The notes under the pieces were generated by a model. It ran no database searches. It was not told where the DNA came from and worked only from the letters and a program-made list of their open reading frames with translations. Below are positions 9,039 to 19,310 of a stretch of 64,000 nucleotides of DNA, one piece after another; position 1 is the first letter of the stretch; each line of letters begins with the position of its first letter. Source of the DNA: Propionibacteriaceae bacterium (GTDB lineage Bacteria > Actinomycetota > Actinomycetes > Propionibacteriales > Propionibacteriaceae); the NCBI GenBank assembly GCA_032229785.1, contig JAVTWJ010000059.1, positions 55,713 through 119,712 on the forward strand, given 5' to 3'. The position numbers and the translations under genes were made by a program.

Positions 9039-9215
9039 CTACGGGGTGCGCGAGCGCCGCAGCCAGGTCGGGCCCATCAGGAACAGGGTCGCCACGCCCG
9101 TGATCAGCAGGGGGATGCCCAGCACGACGGGAAGGATGTCCATCAGGCCCGGCTCGTACTCCTGCGGCCATCCGGGCAGGCTCTCGAGGAGCGGGATCAA
9201 CCAGAGATGCGACAT
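9039..9215 (-). CDS. Small single-pass membrane protein (58 aa), unknown function
   Basis: Internal ATG 9215 of ORF 9039..9329: MSHLWLIPLLESLPGWPQEYEPGLMDILPVVLGIPLLITGVATLFLMGPTWLRRSRTP. Near-exclusive G/C at third codon positions. TAGCAT box 7 nt upstream of the ATG. Confidence 0.5.
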   Translation of the reverse strand: MSHLWLIPLLESLPGWPQEYEPGLMDILPVVLGIPLLITGVATLFLMGPTWLRRSRTP

Positions 9216-9222
9216 GATCGGA

Positions 9223-9228
9223 ATGCTA
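9223..9228 (-). promoter_or_regulatory. Putative -10 box TAGCAT, 7 nt before ATG 9215 (leaderless)
   Basis: Minus strand reads TAGCATtccgatcATG. Confidence 0.35.
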
Positions 9229-9242
9229 GCGGACGGGTCGGG

Positions 9243-9275
9243 TAGATTGACCCCCCGGGAGAGCGGCGAAGGAGC
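9243..9275 (+). promoter_or_regulatory. Putative pyr promoter -10 (TAGATT, 9243-9248) and short leader with a purine-rich element GGGAGAGCGG next to the SD (weak candidate PyrR-binding site)
   Basis: TAGATT lies 35 nt before GTG 9283. The leader ccccccgggagagcggcgaaGGAG loosely resembles the CCAGAGAGG core of known PyrR-binding loops, but the predicted stem is only 3 bp. Confidence 0.3.
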
Positions 9276-9282
9276 AACGCTG

Positions 9283-9837
9283 GTGAGCGCAGAATCGACG
9301 GCCCGGCTGATCTGGGATGGCAACGACATGAACCGGGCGCTGAAACGGATCGCCCATCAGGTACTCGAGGCGAATCGGGGTCCCGAACGGCTCGTGCTCG
9401 TGGGGATCCAGACCCGCGGCGTCCCGCTGGCGGCGCGCCTGGGCGCCTTGATCGCCGAGTCCGAGGGCGTCGACGTCCCGGTGGGTGAACTCGACATCAC
9501 CATGTATCGCGACGACCTGCGCACCCAGCCGACGCGGGCGGTCGGCCGCACGCGCATCCCGGTCCTGCTGGACGATCGAACCGTCGTGCTCGTCGACGAC
9601 GTCCTCTTCTCCGGGCGGACGATCGCGGCGGCGATGGACGCCCTGTCCGACATCGGGCGTCCCCGGGCCGTCCGGTTGGCGGTGCTGATCGACCGCGGGC
9701 ACCGGGAGTTGCCGATCCAGGCCGACCATGTCGGCAAAGACCTGCCCACCCGATCCGAGGAGCACGTGCGGGTCGCGCTCGCCGAGATCGACGGAACGGA
9801 CCTCGTCAGCATCAGCCAGCCCCCGAAGGGGGCCTGA
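9283..9837 (+). CDS. pyrR: Bifunctional pyrimidine operon regulator / uracil phosphoribosyltransferase PyrR
   Basis: GTG 9283 in frame within ORF 9019..9837, with GAAGGAG SD 9 nt upstream. [12 protein letters not shown]...[15 protein letters not shown]...[21 protein letters not shown] (PRTase motif). Confidence 0.9.
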   Translation: MSAESTARLIWDGNDMNRALKRIAHQVLEANRGPERLVLVGIQTRGVPLAARLGALIAESEGVDVPVGELDITMYRDDLRTQPTRAVGRTRIPVLLDDRTVVLVDDVLFSGRTIAAAMDALSDIGRPRAVRLAVLIDRGHRELPIQADHVGKDLPTRSEEHVRVALAEIDGTDLVSISQPPKGA

Positions 9838-10775
9838 TGCGCCACCTGCTCAGCGCCGGCGATCTCTCCCGCCGTGAGGCGCTGTCCGTGCTCGACATGG
9901 CCGAAGAGATGCACGAGGTGCAGCGGCGTCCGATCAAGAAGCTGCCGGCCCTGCGCGGGCGCACCATCGTGAACATGTTCTTCGAGGACTCCACGCGCAC
10001 CCGCACGAGTTTCGAGATCGCCGGGAAGTGGATGAGCGCCGACACGATCAACGTGTCGGGCAAGGGATCCTCGGTGTCCAAGGGCGAGTCCCTGCGCGAC
10101 ACCATGCTGACGTTGGACGCCATGGGCGTGGACTGCTTCGTGATCCGGCACGCGTCCTCGGGGGCGGTCGCGCAGGCCGCGAACTGGGTGCGCGCCTGCG
10201 TGGTGAACGCCGGCGACGGCCAGCACGAGCACCCGACGCAGGCGCTGCTGGACGCGTACGCGATGCGCCGGCACTTCCGCGCGGCCGGCGTCCGGGACGA
10301 CTTCGCGGGCAAGCGGATCGCCATCGTGGGCGACCTGCTGCACAGCCGGGTGGTCCGCTCGAACGTGCTGCTGCAGCGCACGCTCGGCGGGCAGGTCACG
10401 CTGGTCGCGCCGCCGACGCTGCTGCCGGCCGGTGTGGAGTCCTGGGGGGTGGCCGTCAGTCATGATCTGGACGCGGTCCTGCCGCAGGCCGACGTGGTGA
10501 TGATGCTGCGCGTGCAGCGCGAGCGCATGTCGGGCGGGTTCTTCCCGACCGCGCGGGAGTATTCGGCCGGCTACGGGCTCACCGCGCCACGTCTCACCCT
10601 CGTGCGACCGGAGGCCGCGATCCTGCACCCGGGGCCGATGAACCGGGGGGTGGAGATCTCCTCCGAGGCCGCGGACGCCGCCAACTCGCGCGTTCTCGAT
10701 CAGGTGTCGGCCGGCGTGGCCGTCCGCATGAGTGTGCTGTATCACCTGCTGGGTGGAGAGGGAGGGGCGCGATGA
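9837..10775 (+). CDS. pyrB: Aspartate carbamoyltransferase catalytic subunit
   Basis: ORF track 312 aa. [13 protein letters not shown] and HPTQALLD motifs. 1-nt TGATG start/stop overlap with pyrR. Confidence 0.95.
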   Translation: MRHLLSAGDLSRREALSVLDMAEEMHEVQRRPIKKLPALRGRTIVNMFFEDSTRTRTSFEIAGKWMSADTINVSGKGSSVSKGESLRDTMLTLDAMGVDCFVIRHASSGAVAQAANWVRACVVNAGDGQHEHPTQALLDAYAMRRHFRAAGVRDDFAGKRIAIVGDLLHSRVVRSNVLLQRTLGGQVTLVAPPTLLPAGVESWGVAVSHDLDAVLPQADVVMMLRVQRERMSGGFFPTAREYSAGYGLTAPRLTLVRPEAAILHPGPMNRGVEISSEAADAANSRVLDQVSAGVAVRMSVLYHLLGGEGGAR

Positions 10776-12037
10776 GCCTCGTTGTGACGGGCGCGACGCT
10801 GCCGGACGGAAGCGTCGGCGATCTCGCGGTGAGGGATGGCGTGTGGGTGCCCGCGGGCGATGCCCCGGCGGGCGCCGAGCGCATCGACGCCGCGGGCCTG
10901 ATCGCGCTGCCGGGTCTGGTCGACCTGCACACGCACCTGCGCGAGCCCGGCAAGGAGGACGCCGAGACGGTCGAGTCCGGCACCCGCGCCGCCGCCCGCG
11001 GCGGCTTCACGGCCGTCTTCGCGATGCCGAACCTCGACCCGGCGACCGACACGGCCGAGGCCGCGCTGCACGTCGCCGAACTCGGACGCCGCGACGGCCA
11101 CTGCGAGGTCGTCCCCATCGGGGCGGTCACCAAGGGGCGCGCCGGGGTCGAGCTCGCCGAGTTGGGGCTGATGGCCGGCGTGGGCGTCCACGTGTTCTCC
11201 GACGACGGCGCCTGCGTGCACGACTCGCTGATCATGCGCCGCGCGCTCACCTACCTGAAGCCGTTCGACGGCGTCGTCGCCCAGCACGCGCAGGACCCGC
11301 GGCTGGCCGGGCCGGGGGCCTGCTGCCACGAGTCCGCGATCTCGGGGCGCCTCGGGCTGCCCGGGTGGCCGACGGTCGCCGAGTCGACCATCATCGCCCG
11401 CGACGTGCAGTTGGCCGAATTCACCGGCGGCCGCTACCACGCCTGCCACCTCTCGACGGCCGAGAGCGTCGACGTGATCCGGTGGGCGAAGGCCCGGGGC
11501 AAGGCCGACGTGACCGCCGAGGTGACGCCGCACCACCTGCTGCTCGACACCCCGCACGTGGAGAGCTTCGACACCACCTTCAAGGTCAACCCGCCGCTGC
11601 GGACCTCCGAGCATCTCGAGGCCGTGCGCGAGGCGCTCGCCGACGGCACCATCGACATCGTGGGCACCGACCACGCCCCGCACACGCAGCAGGACAAGGA
11701 CCATCCCTTCGATGTCGCCTCCCCGGGCATGCTGGGCCTCGAGCAGGCATTGGCCGTGGTGATGGAGGTCATGGTGAACACCGGACGCCTCGACTGGGCC
11801 GGCGTCGCCGACCGGATGTCGGCGGCCCCGGCGCGCATCGGACGCCTGGGGCATCAGGGGCGTCCGCTGGCGCTGGGAGAGCCGGCCCACCTCGTGCTCG
11901 TCGACCCGGGTCGTCGAGCGACGGTCGACAAGCACCGTTCGGCGTCCAGGTCGCGCAACAACCCCTACCACGGTCTTGACCTGCCCGATCCGGTCGAGCT
12001 GACCGTGTGGGGCGGCCGGGTGACCTACCGTCGCTGA
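10772..12037 (+). CDS. pyrC: Dihydroorotase
   Basis: ORF track 421 aa. [15 protein letters not shown] and GTDHAPHT metal-binding motifs. Overlaps the pyrB stop. Confidence 0.93.
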   Translation: MSLVVTGATLPDGSVGDLAVRDGVWVPAGDAPAGAERIDAAGLIALPGLVDLHTHLREPGKEDAETVESGTRAAARGGFTAVFAMPNLDPATDTAEAALHVAELGRRDGHCEVVPIGAVTKGRAGVELAELGLMAGVGVHVFSDDGACVHDSLIMRRALTYLKPFDGVVAQHAQDPRLAGPGACCHESAISGRLGLPGWPTVAESTIIARDVQLAEFTGGRYHACHLSTAESVDVIRWAKARGKADVTAEVTPHHLLLDTPHVESFDTTFKVNPPLRTSEHLEAVREALADGTIDIVGTDHAPHTQQDKDHPFDVASPGMLGLEQALAVVMEVMVNTGRLDWAGVADRMSAAPARIGRLGHQGRPLALGEPAHLVLVDPGRRATVDKHRSASRSRNNPYHGLDLPDPVELTVWGGRVTYRR

Positions 12038-12038
12038 C

Positions 12039-12710
12039 GTGGCACGCAGACTCTCCCCGCTGCTCTATCTGCCGGTGTTCCTCGGGTGGTATTTCCTGCT
12101 CGAGGGACGTCGGGTGGACACGATGATCGACGTCTCCTCGCCGTGGGACGCCCTGTTCGTCTTCGACGCGCGGTGGATCATCGCCTACCTGGCCTGGTTT
12201 CCCTACCTGCTCGGTTTCATCGCCTGGTTGTACGTGCGGGACTGGCGCCGGGTGGCCGAGATTCCCCGGCTGGCCTTCCTACTGATCGTCGGCATGACGG
12301 TGTGCCTGCTCGGTTACACGCTGTGGCCGACGACCCAGTCGTTGCGCCCCGAGACCTATCCCGATCAGGGCGTCTTCACCGCGATCGTGGTGGCGCTGCA
12401 GGGCTTCGACGACCCGTCGAACGTATTCCCCAGCCTGCACGTCTACTCCTCCATCGTGGTCGCGTTCTGCCTGGCCACGAGCCGGTACGTCACGCGAGCC
12501 TGGGTGCGGTGGGCGTCCTGGGTGCTGATGGTGCTGATCGCGGCGTCCACCTGCTTCCTGAAGCAGCATTCCATCCTGGACGCCGTCGGTGCGGCCGCGC
12601 TGTTCGTGGTGGTCTGGGCGTCCTGGCGACTCCTCGAGCGCGCGGTCAGGATCAGGCGGGACCGGTACTCCCGCGGACCATCAGCTGAACCGGCAGCGAC
12701 GGCACCGTAG
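12039..12710 (+). CDS. Polytopic membrane protein with PAP2-superfamily-like motifs
   Basis: ORF track 223 aa, GTG start 2 nt after the pyrC stop. Multiple TM segments. SLRP, FPSLHVYSS (PSxH-like) and KQHSILDAVG (HxxxD). Confidence 0.5.
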   Translation: MARRLSPLLYLPVFLGWYFLLEGRRVDTMIDVSSPWDALFVFDARWIIAYLAWFPYLLGFIAWLYVRDWRRVAEIPRLAFLLIVGMTVCLLGYTLWPTTQSLRPETYPDQGVFTAIVVALQGFDDPSNVFPSLHVYSSIVVAFCLATSRYVTRAWVRWASWVLMVLIAASTCFLKQHSILDAVGAAALFVVVWASWRLLERAVRIRRDRYSRGPSAEPAATAP

Positions 12711-13641
12711 CGTCGTCGGCGGCATCGCCGGTCAGCTTCGCGACGAGGTGCTGCACCGCGATCGCCCCCATCTGGGTGAGCGGTGCGCCGACGGTGGTCA
12801 GCGGCGGCGAGATGAGAGTCCCCGCGAAGATGCTGTCGTGACCGATGACGCTGACCTGGCCCGGCACGCTCACGCGGAGGTCGTTGAGCCCCACCATGAG
12901 CCCGATCGCCATCATGTCGTTGGAGCAGATCACCGCCTTCTCGCCGCGCGCGACGAGTTCGGCGGCCGCGCCGCGTCCGCCCCGCAGGGTCGGGGGCAGC
13001 GGGCCGAGGCGCTGCGCGGTGAGGCCCAGTTGCGACGCCGTGTCGCGCAGGGCGCGCCAGCGCAGGCCGTCGTCCCAGGACGCCTCGGGTCCGGCCAGGT
13101 AGGTCACGCTGCGGTGGCGGAGGTCGCGCAGGTGCCGGACACTCGCCCGGGCCCCTGCCGCCAGGTCCGGAACCAGGCAGGGCAGGCCCGGCACGCGCCG
13201 GTTCAGCAGGACCAGGGGAAGCGTCCCGGCGACCGTGCGGAGGTCGGCGTCGGGCAGCCGCGGGCCGACCATGATCAGGGCGTCGATCAGGGGGAGGCAG
13301 CGTTCGAGCACGTCGCGTTCGAGCGCGGCGGACTCGCGCGTGTCCAGGATCGTCACGATGTAGCCGGCCTCGGCGGCGGCGGTCTGGGCGCCGCGCACGA
13401 TCCTGAAGCCCGCGGGGTTGGTGACGTCGGTGACGAGAAGGCCGATCACCCGGGTGGCGGTCGGTGTCGGCGGCTGGGCTCCCGACTTCGTCTGATAGCC
13501 GAGTTCGCGGGCGACCTGCCTGATCCGTCTGGCCGTGTCCGCGCTCACTCGCCCGGGCCGGGAGAAGGTGCGCGAGACCGTGGAGGGACTGACGCCGGCC
13601 GCGCGGGCGACATCGTAGATCGTTGCGCCCTCTCGTGTCAT
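12652..13641 (-). CDS. LacI/GalR family transcriptional regulator
   Basis: ORF track 329 aa. HTH TIYDVARAAGVSPSTVSRTFSRPGRVSADTARRIRQVARELGY. Divergent from gnd. 3' end overlaps the PAP2-like gene by 59 nt. Confidence 0.9.
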   Translation of the reverse strand: MTREGATIYDVARAAGVSPSTVSRTFSRPGRVSADTARRIRQVARELGYQTKSGAQPPTPTATRVIGLLVTDVTNPAGFRIVRGAQTAAAEAGYIVTILDTRESAALERDVLERCLPLIDALIMVGPRLPDADLRTVAGTLPLVLLNRRVPGLPCLVPDLAAGARASVRHLRDLRHRSVTYLAGPEASWDDGLRWRALRDTASQLGLTAQRLGPLPPTLRGGRGAAAELVARGEKAVICSNDMMAIGLMVGLNDLRVSVPGQVSVIGHDSIFAGTLISPPLTTVGAPLTQMGAIAVQHLVAKLTGDAADDATVPSLPVQLMVRGSTGPA

Positions 13642-13647
13642 GGATGC

Positions 13648-13675
13648 ACGGTAGCAACGCAGCGGACGCCGTCAA
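13648..13675 (-). promoter_or_regulatory. Putative promoter TTGACG-16 nt-TACCGT, 6 nt before ATG 13641 (leaderless)
   Basis: Minus strand reads TTGACGgcgtccgctgcgttgcTACCGTgcatccATG. Confidence 0.5.
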
Positions 13676-13857
13676 TGGGGCCAGGGCTGTCGTCCCTGTC
13701 GGTGGTCGGTGGGATCCGCGGCCGGGCGGGCGCGAAGGTCCCCTCTCTCACGGGCCGACCTCGCCGGGGGCCCACCCTGCAGGTAGGGCAAAATGGCCGA
13801 TATCCGTTGCCGTCGGGGCGGCGTGACGCAGTTCCCGAGGGAAGGAACATCACCAGA

Positions 13858-15306
13858 ATGAGCGACAAGACCGGCACGGCGCAGATCGGCGTCGTGGGCA
13901 TGGCCGTCATGGGCTCCAACCTGGCTCGCAACTTCGCCAGCAAGGGCTTCCGTACCGCCATCTTCAACCGTTCCTACGCCAAGACCGCCGCGGTGCTCGA
14001 GGCGCACCCCGAGGCGGGCTTCGTCGGCACCGAGACCGTCGAGGAGTTCGTCGACTCGCTGGAGAAGCCGCGTCGCATCATCATGATGGTCAAGGCCGGC
14101 GCCGCGACGGACGCCACCATCGCCACGCTGACCCCGCATCTGGCTCAGGGCGACATCATCATCGACGGCGGCAACACCTACTTCCCCGATACCCGGCGCC
14201 GCGAGAAGGAACTCTCGGCCCAGGGCTTCAACTTCATCGGCTGCGGCATCTCCGGCGGTGAGGAGGGCGCGCTGAAGGGTCCCGCGATGATGCCCGGCGG
14301 GCCGCAGGAGTCCTACGCGCACGTCGGCCCGATGCTCGAGGCCATCGCGGCGTCCTACGAGGGTGAACCCTGCTGCGCCTGGATCGGCACCGACGGCGCC
14401 GGGCACTTCGTCAAGATGGTGCACAACGGCATCGAGTACGCGGACATGCAGTTCATCGGCGAGGCGTACGACCTGCTCAAAGGGGTCGGGCTGTCGGCGT
14501 CGGAGGCCGCGGACGTGTTCGCGCAGTGGAACACGGGCGATCTCGACTCCTACCTGATCGAGATCACCTCCGAGGTGCTGCGCCAGGTCGACGCCGAGAC
14601 CGGGAAGCCGCTCGTCGACGTGATCGTGGACGCCGCGGGCATGAAGGGCACCGGCACGTGGACCGTGCAGGAGTCGCTGAACCTCGGTGTCCCCGCCGCG
14701 GTGATCGCCGAGGCCGTGTACTCCCGCGCGGCATCGTCCAGCCCCGACCTGCGCGCCGCCGCGAGCGCCGCGCTGACCGGGCCTGACGGCCGGGTGCAGA
14801 CCGAGGACCGCGACGCCTTCATCGAGGACGTCCGCCAGGCCCTGTGGTGCGCCAAGGTCGTGGCCTACGCCCAGGGCCTGCACCTGATCAAGGTGGCGGG
14901 GCAGGAATACGGTTGGGACATCGACGTGGCGGGGGTGGCCCGCATCTGGCGCGCGGGCTGCATCATCCGCGCCAAGCTGCTCGACCGCATCTCCAGCGAG
15001 TACGCGGCAGGCAATCTCCAGACGCTGCTCGAGGCGCCCTCCATCGCGGCCGGACTGGGCGACGCGCAGGGGCCGTGGCGCCGGGTGATCGCGCGCGCGG
15101 CCGAGGCGGGCGTGCCGATCCCGGGCTTCGCGTCGGCGCTGTCCTACTACGACCTCGTCCGGGCCGAGCGCACCAACGCCGCGCTCACCCAGGGACTGCG
15201 CGACTTCTTCGGCGCGCACACCTATGGCCGCATCGACAAGGAGGGGACCTTCCACACGCTGTGGAGCGGCGACCGCTCCGAGGTCGACGCGGTGGACGCC
15301 CACTGA
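13858..15306 (+). CDS. gnd: 6-phosphogluconate dehydrogenase (decarboxylating)
   Basis: ATG 13858 within ORF 12589..15306, with GGGAAGGA SD upstream. IGVVGMAVMGSNLARNF and HNGIEYADMQFIGEAY motifs. Confidence 0.95.
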   Translation: MSDKTGTAQIGVVGMAVMGSNLARNFASKGFRTAIFNRSYAKTAAVLEAHPEAGFVGTETVEEFVDSLEKPRRIIMMVKAGAATDATIATLTPHLAQGDIIIDGGNTYFPDTRRREKELSAQGFNFIGCGISGGEEGALKGPAMMPGGPQESYAHVGPMLEAIAASYEGEPCCAWIGTDGAGHFVKMVHNGIEYADMQFIGEAYDLLKGVGLSASEAADVFAQWNTGDLDSYLIEITSEVLRQVDAETGKPLVDVIVDAAGMKGTGTWTVQESLNLGVPAAVIAEAVYSRAASSSPDLRAAASAALTGPDGRVQTEDRDAFIEDVRQALWCAKVVAYAQGLHLIKVAGQEYGWDIDVAGVARIWRAGCIIRAKLLDRISSEYAAGNLQTLLEAPSIAAGLGDAQGPWRRVIARAAEAGVPIPGFASALSYYDLVRAERTNAALTQGLRDFFGAHTYGRIDKEGTFHTLWSGDRSEVDAVDAH

Positions 15307-15308
15307 CG

Positions 15309-15923
15309 ATGACCGCCGCGCCGACACCGCCGGCGGTGCGGGCCTCTGAATGGCCCGCACCTGCCGGGGTCCGCCTGGGCGGGCTCGGTGCGAGCGTCGG
15401 CGTCCTGGTCTGCCTGCACGCGGGGGTGTCCCTCGTCGCGGGAGGCGTCCTCGTCTGGCGGCTCGCCACCCCTCCCGCGTGGCTCACCGAGGACGTCTCG
15501 AGGTGGGTGTGCGGCGCCGCCGACCTCTCGCTGCTGCTCGCAGGCCTGGCGTGGGCGCTGTGGCAGTACCGGATCGTGCGGACGTTCCCGCCCGGCACCC
15601 CCCGCAGCGCGCCGGGCTGGCACCTGTGGTCGTGGCTGATCCCGGTCGGCTCCTGGTGGCTGCCGTACCGGAACGTGCGCGACCTGCTCCGCTGCGCGGG
15701 CCTGCGCCGGCCCGGATGGATGCTGGCGTGGTGGCTGTTGTGGGTGATCGGCCTGCCGGCCTCGCTGGCCGGCCGGGTGCTCGCACGCTACCCCGGCGCG
15801 GTGGCCCTGTCGGAAGGTGCGGCGTGGACCGCGGGCGCGGGTGGTCTGCTGCTCGCGGCGGCGGCGCCGCTGGCGTTCGGGTTGGTCGCTCGGCTCAGTA
15901 CCGCGCGATCCACGGGTCGGTGA
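15309..15923 (+). CDS. Membrane protein, DUF4328-like
   Basis: ATG 15309 (2 nt after the gnd stop) within ORF 14844..15923. TM-rich, with Trp-rich core WHLWSWLIPVGSWWLPYRNVRDLL. Confidence 0.55.
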   Translation: MTAAPTPPAVRASEWPAPAGVRLGGLGASVGVLVCLHAGVSLVAGGVLVWRLATPPAWLTEDVSRWVCGAADLSLLLAGLAWALWQYRIVRTFPPGTPRSAPGWHLWSWLIPVGSWWLPYRNVRDLLRCAGLRRPGWMLAWWLLWVIGLPASLAGRVLARYPGAVALSEGAAWTAGAGGLLLAAAAPLAFGLVARLSTARSTGR

Positions 15924-16713
15924 CCAGCGTCGACACCGACGACGTGATCTCGGCACTCACCGCCGCGGCCGTGCGCCTCAGGAAGGCCTCGGCTCGCGGG
16001 AGCCACAGCCACTCGGCCGCCCAGTGCGGGACGTCGACGAGCGCCGGGCCGCCGGCATGAGCGAGAAAGTCCTGGGCCGGATGATGGCGCAGGTCGCCCG
16101 TCACGTAGCAATCCGCTCCTGAACCGCGGGCGGCGTCCAGCATGGAGTCGCCGGCGCCACCCAGGACCGCCACGGTGGTGACCAGGCGGCCGGGATCGCC
16201 GCCGAGCTTCACTCCGCCGGTGGTGGCCGGCACGGACGCCGCCACCCGCCGGGCGAACGCGTCCGCGATGAGCGGCTCCGGCAGGCGTCCGACGCGGCCC
16301 AGGCCGAGCCCGGGAGCCGCGTCCGGCGCCTGCGCCAGCGGACGCAGATCGACGAGGCCGCACGCGGCGGCCAGGGCGTCCGCAACGCCGTCGGCGGCCG
16401 CGTCCGCGTTCGTGTGCGCGCTGAACACGCTGATGCCGGCGCGCAGCAGCGCGGTGACGATGCGGCCCTTCGGCTGGTCGGTGCGCACGGCGTGGATGCC
16501 GCGCAGCAGCAGCGGATGGTGGCTGACGATCAGGTCGGTGCCCGTCCCGATCGCCTCGGCGACCGTGGCGTCGGTGATGTCGACGACGAACAGCACCCGG
16601 GTGACGGCGGCGTCCGGATCGCCCACCGACAGCCCCACCTGGTCCCAGCTTTCGGCCAGTCGGGGCGGATAGGCGGTCTCGAACCAGGAGACCACCGCGC
16701 CGACCGTCGTCAC
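15895..16713 (-). CDS. Nif3-like dinuclear metal centre protein
   Basis: C-terminal 272 codons of ORF 15895..18705, starting at GTG 16713, 5 nt downstream of the pepN stop codon. WDQVGLSVGD...DLIVSHHPLLLRG...DCYVTGDLRHH. Confidence 0.8.
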   Translation of the reverse strand: MTTVGAVVSWFETAYPPRLAESWDQVGLSVGDPDAAVTRVLFVVDITDATVAEAIGTGTDLIVSHHPLLLRGIHAVRTDQPKGRIVTALLRAGISVFSAHTNADAAADGVADALAAACGLVDLRPLAQAPDAAPGLGLGRVGRLPEPLIADAFARRVAASVPATTGGVKLGGDPGRLVTTVAVLGGAGDSMLDAARGSGADCYVTGDLRHHPAQDFLAHAGGPALVDVPHWAAEWLWLPRAEAFLRRTAAAVSAEITSSVSTLVTDPWIARY

Positions 16714-16718
16714 GGCGG

Positions 16719-19310
16719 TCAGCGCCCCTGGTTGGAGAGCGCACGCACCGCGTCGTCGCGCCGTTCGATCACCGGCCGGCGCACCGAGTCGGGCAGGTCG
16801 CGCTCGGCGAGCAGGGCGTCCAGTTTCGCGATGAACGCCCGGTCGGCGAGCGGGCGCGGGAACAGCAGCCCCAGGACGTGCTGGCGGATCGTCGTCGACG
16901 TGCTCGCCCAGCGTCCCTGCTGCTCGCCGATCGCCGCGACCACCCCGAGGTAGGCGTCGGCGTACGGCGCACTGACCGCGTCCTGGTCGAGCTGCCAGAA
17001 CTGTCCGCAGATCTGGAAGTGCGTCTCGTTGGGCGTGTCCTCGGTGGTGGCCGCGGCCCAGGCGGCGGCCTTGGCGTCGGCGTCCTTGAGCGCCGCCCGC
17101 GCCCCGGCCGCCTTCTCGGCGCCCGTGGCCGTCTTGTCGCGCGCGGCCTCCGCGGCGATGTCGGCGGAGTCGGCTGCACCGACGCGGGCGAGGTCGGTGA
17201 GCAGCCGCCACCGCAGGTCGGTGTCGATGCTCAGCCCCTCGGGGATCTCCTCGCCGTCGAGCCACGCCCGCAGGACGGCGGCACCGACCTCGTCGTCGAC
17301 GGACGCCGACAGCGCGCGCGCCAGGGACAGCTGATGATCGGATCCGGGTGCGGCGTCCTTCAGTAGACGAGCCACACCGGCCGTGAAGCGATCGGCCAAC
17401 GCCCGGCGATCCTCGCGCGGCGCGTAGTAGTCGATCGCCGTCCGCGCCTGGGCGAGGAGGGCGTTCACGGCTGCCAGGTCGCTCTCGACGCCGACGCCGC
17501 GTAGCACGAGATCGACGTAGTCGGACGCCGACAGCTCGCCGTCGCGGGTCAGATCCCAGGTGGCGCCCCATGCGAGGGCGCGGGCCAGTTCGTCCTCGAG
17601 CAGGTGCACCGACCCGACCAGGGTGGCCAGCGACCGTTCGTCGAGCCGGATCTTGGCGTAGGTCAGGTCGTCGTCGTTGAGCAGCAGCAGGTCCGGACGC
17701 CGCTGGCCGATCAGCTCGGGCAGCGCGGTGAGCGGCCCGTCGAGGTCGAACTCGAAGCGCGCCGTGCGGGTCAGCTGCTCGTCGACGAGGCTGTAGAAGC
17801 CGATCGCGACCCGATGCCGGCGCAGGGTCGGCCACTGCTCGGCCGCCGTCTGCCGGACGGCGAACGAGGTGAACGCATCGTCGCCGTCGACGACGAACTC
17901 TGCCTTGAGCGTGTTCACGCCGGCCGTCTGCAGCCACTGGCTGGTGAAGAACGACAGGTCGCGCCCGGACGCCGCCTCGAGGTGCGCGAGCAGGTCGGGG
18001 AGTTGGGTGTTGCCCCACGCGTGCTCGGCGAAGTAGGCGCGCACGCCGGCGAGGAAGGCGTCCTGGCCGACGAAGGCCACGAGCTGGCGCAGCGCGGAGG
18101 CCCCCTTGGCGTAGGTGATGCCGTCGAAGTTGAGCTCCACGGCCTCCAGGTCGACCATGTCGGCGGCGATCGGGTGGGTGGAGGGCAGCTGGTCCTGGCG
18201 GTAGGCCCAGGTCTTGCGGCTGTTGCAGAACGTCGCCCACGGATTCGCGCGGTCGCCGTACTCGGCCCGGATCTGCTCTTGGGCGAAATGGCTGGCCCAT
18301 TCGGCGAACGACTCGTTGAGCCACAGGTCGTCCCACCACGTCATCGTCACGAGGTCGCCGAACCACATGTGTGCCATCTCGTGCAGGATCGTGTTGTCGC
18401 GGCTCTCGTAGGCCGACGCGGTCTGCCGGCTGCGGAAGATGTACTCGTCGCGGAACGTGACGCAGCCCGCGTTCTCCATGGCGCCGAAATTGAACTCGGG
18501 GACGAAGACCTGCGCGTAGTCCCCGAACGGGTACGGGCAGCCGAAGTGGTCCTCGAACACCGCGAACCCGCGCTGGGTGGTGGTGAGGATCCGGTCGGCG
18601 TCCAGGTGCTCGGCGAGTGAGGCGCGCACGTGCACCGACAGCGGGATGCTGCTGCCGTCGGGGCGCGCGTAGGCGTCCGTCACCGAATGGAACTCGCCCG
18701 CGCACAGCGCGGTGATGTAGCTCGACATGCGCGGCGTGGGCGCGAACTCCCAGCGGTGGACGCCGTCGCCCACCTCGGACGGCGTCACGGCGGCGGAGTT
18801 CGAGAGCACGGTCCAGGACTCCGGCGCGAGCACGGAGAACTGGAACGTGGCCTTGAGGTCGGGCTGCTCGAACGTGGCGAACATGCGCCGGGCGTCCGCG
18901 ACCTCGAACTGGCTGTACAGGTAGACGCGCCCGTCGGCAGGGTCGACGAAGCGATGAAGGCCCTCGCCGGTCCGCGAGAACCGCATCAGGGCGGTGACGG
19001 TGAGCTCGTGGTCGCCGTCGCCCAGCAGCAGGGTCAGGTGTTCGCCGTCGAACACCTCGGAGGGCAGTTCTCGCCCGTCGAGGACGAGCGAGGTCAGCTC
19101 TTCTGCGACCAGGTCGGCGTTCGTCACGCAGGCGATGGACGAGAACCGGATCGTGGTCGTCGATACGAACGTGGCCTCGGGACGGGACAGGGGTGCGCCG
19201 TCGGCGTCGCGCCCGGTCAGGTCGACGAGCACCTCGTAGGACTCGATCCGCACCTGCTGGCTTCGGGTCTGGGCCTCGTCACGGGTGATGTTGGCGTGGA
19301 ACATGGGCAT
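16719..19310 (-). CDS. pepN: Aminopeptidase N (M1 family)
   Basis: ORF track 863 aa. GAMEN motif (NFGAMENAGCVTF) and HEMAHMWFGDLVTMTWWDDLWLNESFAEW (HExxH-18-E). The third-codon ATG at 19304 has better SD spacing and is an alternative start. Confidence 0.93.
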   Translation of the reverse strand: MPMFHANITRDEAQTRSQQVRIESYEVLVDLTGRDADGAPLSRPEATFVSTTTIRFSSIACVTNADLVAEELTSLVLDGRELPSEVFDGEHLTLLLGDGDHELTVTALMRFSRTGEGLHRFVDPADGRVYLYSQFEVADARRMFATFEQPDLKATFQFSVLAPESWTVLSNSAAVTPSEVGDGVHRWEFAPTPRMSSYITALCAGEFHSVTDAYARPDGSSIPLSVHVRASLAEHLDADRILTTTQRGFAVFEDHFGCPYPFGDYAQVFVPEFNFGAMENAGCVTFRDEYIFRSRQTASAYESRDNTILHEMAHMWFGDLVTMTWWDDLWLNESFAEWASHFAQEQIRAEYGDRANPWATFCNSRKTWAYRQDQLPSTHPIAADMVDLEAVELNFDGITYAKGASALRQLVAFVGQDAFLAGVRAYFAEHAWGNTQLPDLLAHLEAASGRDLSFFTSQWLQTAGVNTLKAEFVVDGDDAFTSFAVRQTAAEQWPTLRRHRVAIGFYSLVDEQLTRTARFEFDLDGPLTALPELIGQRRPDLLLLNDDDLTYAKIRLDERSLATLVGSVHLLEDELARALAWGATWDLTRDGELSASDYVDLVLRGVGVESDLAAVNALLAQARTAIDYYAPREDRRALADRFTAGVARLLKDAAPGSDHQLSLARALSASVDDEVGAAVLRAWLDGEEIPEGLSIDTDLRWRLLTDLARVGAADSADIAAEAARDKTATGAEKAAGARAALKDADAKAAAWAAATTEDTPNETHFQICGQFWQLDQDAVSAPYADAYLGVVAAIGEQQGRWASTSTTIRQHVLGLLFPRPLADRAFIAKLDALLAERDLPDSVRRPVIERRDDAVRALSNQGR

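Noticed and set aside
15895-18705. 936-aa minus-strand ORF
   Set aside because: It is a chimera. Only the last 272 codons (the NIF3-like protein from GTG 16713) are meaningful. Upstream of that it is an out-of-frame reading through pepN.
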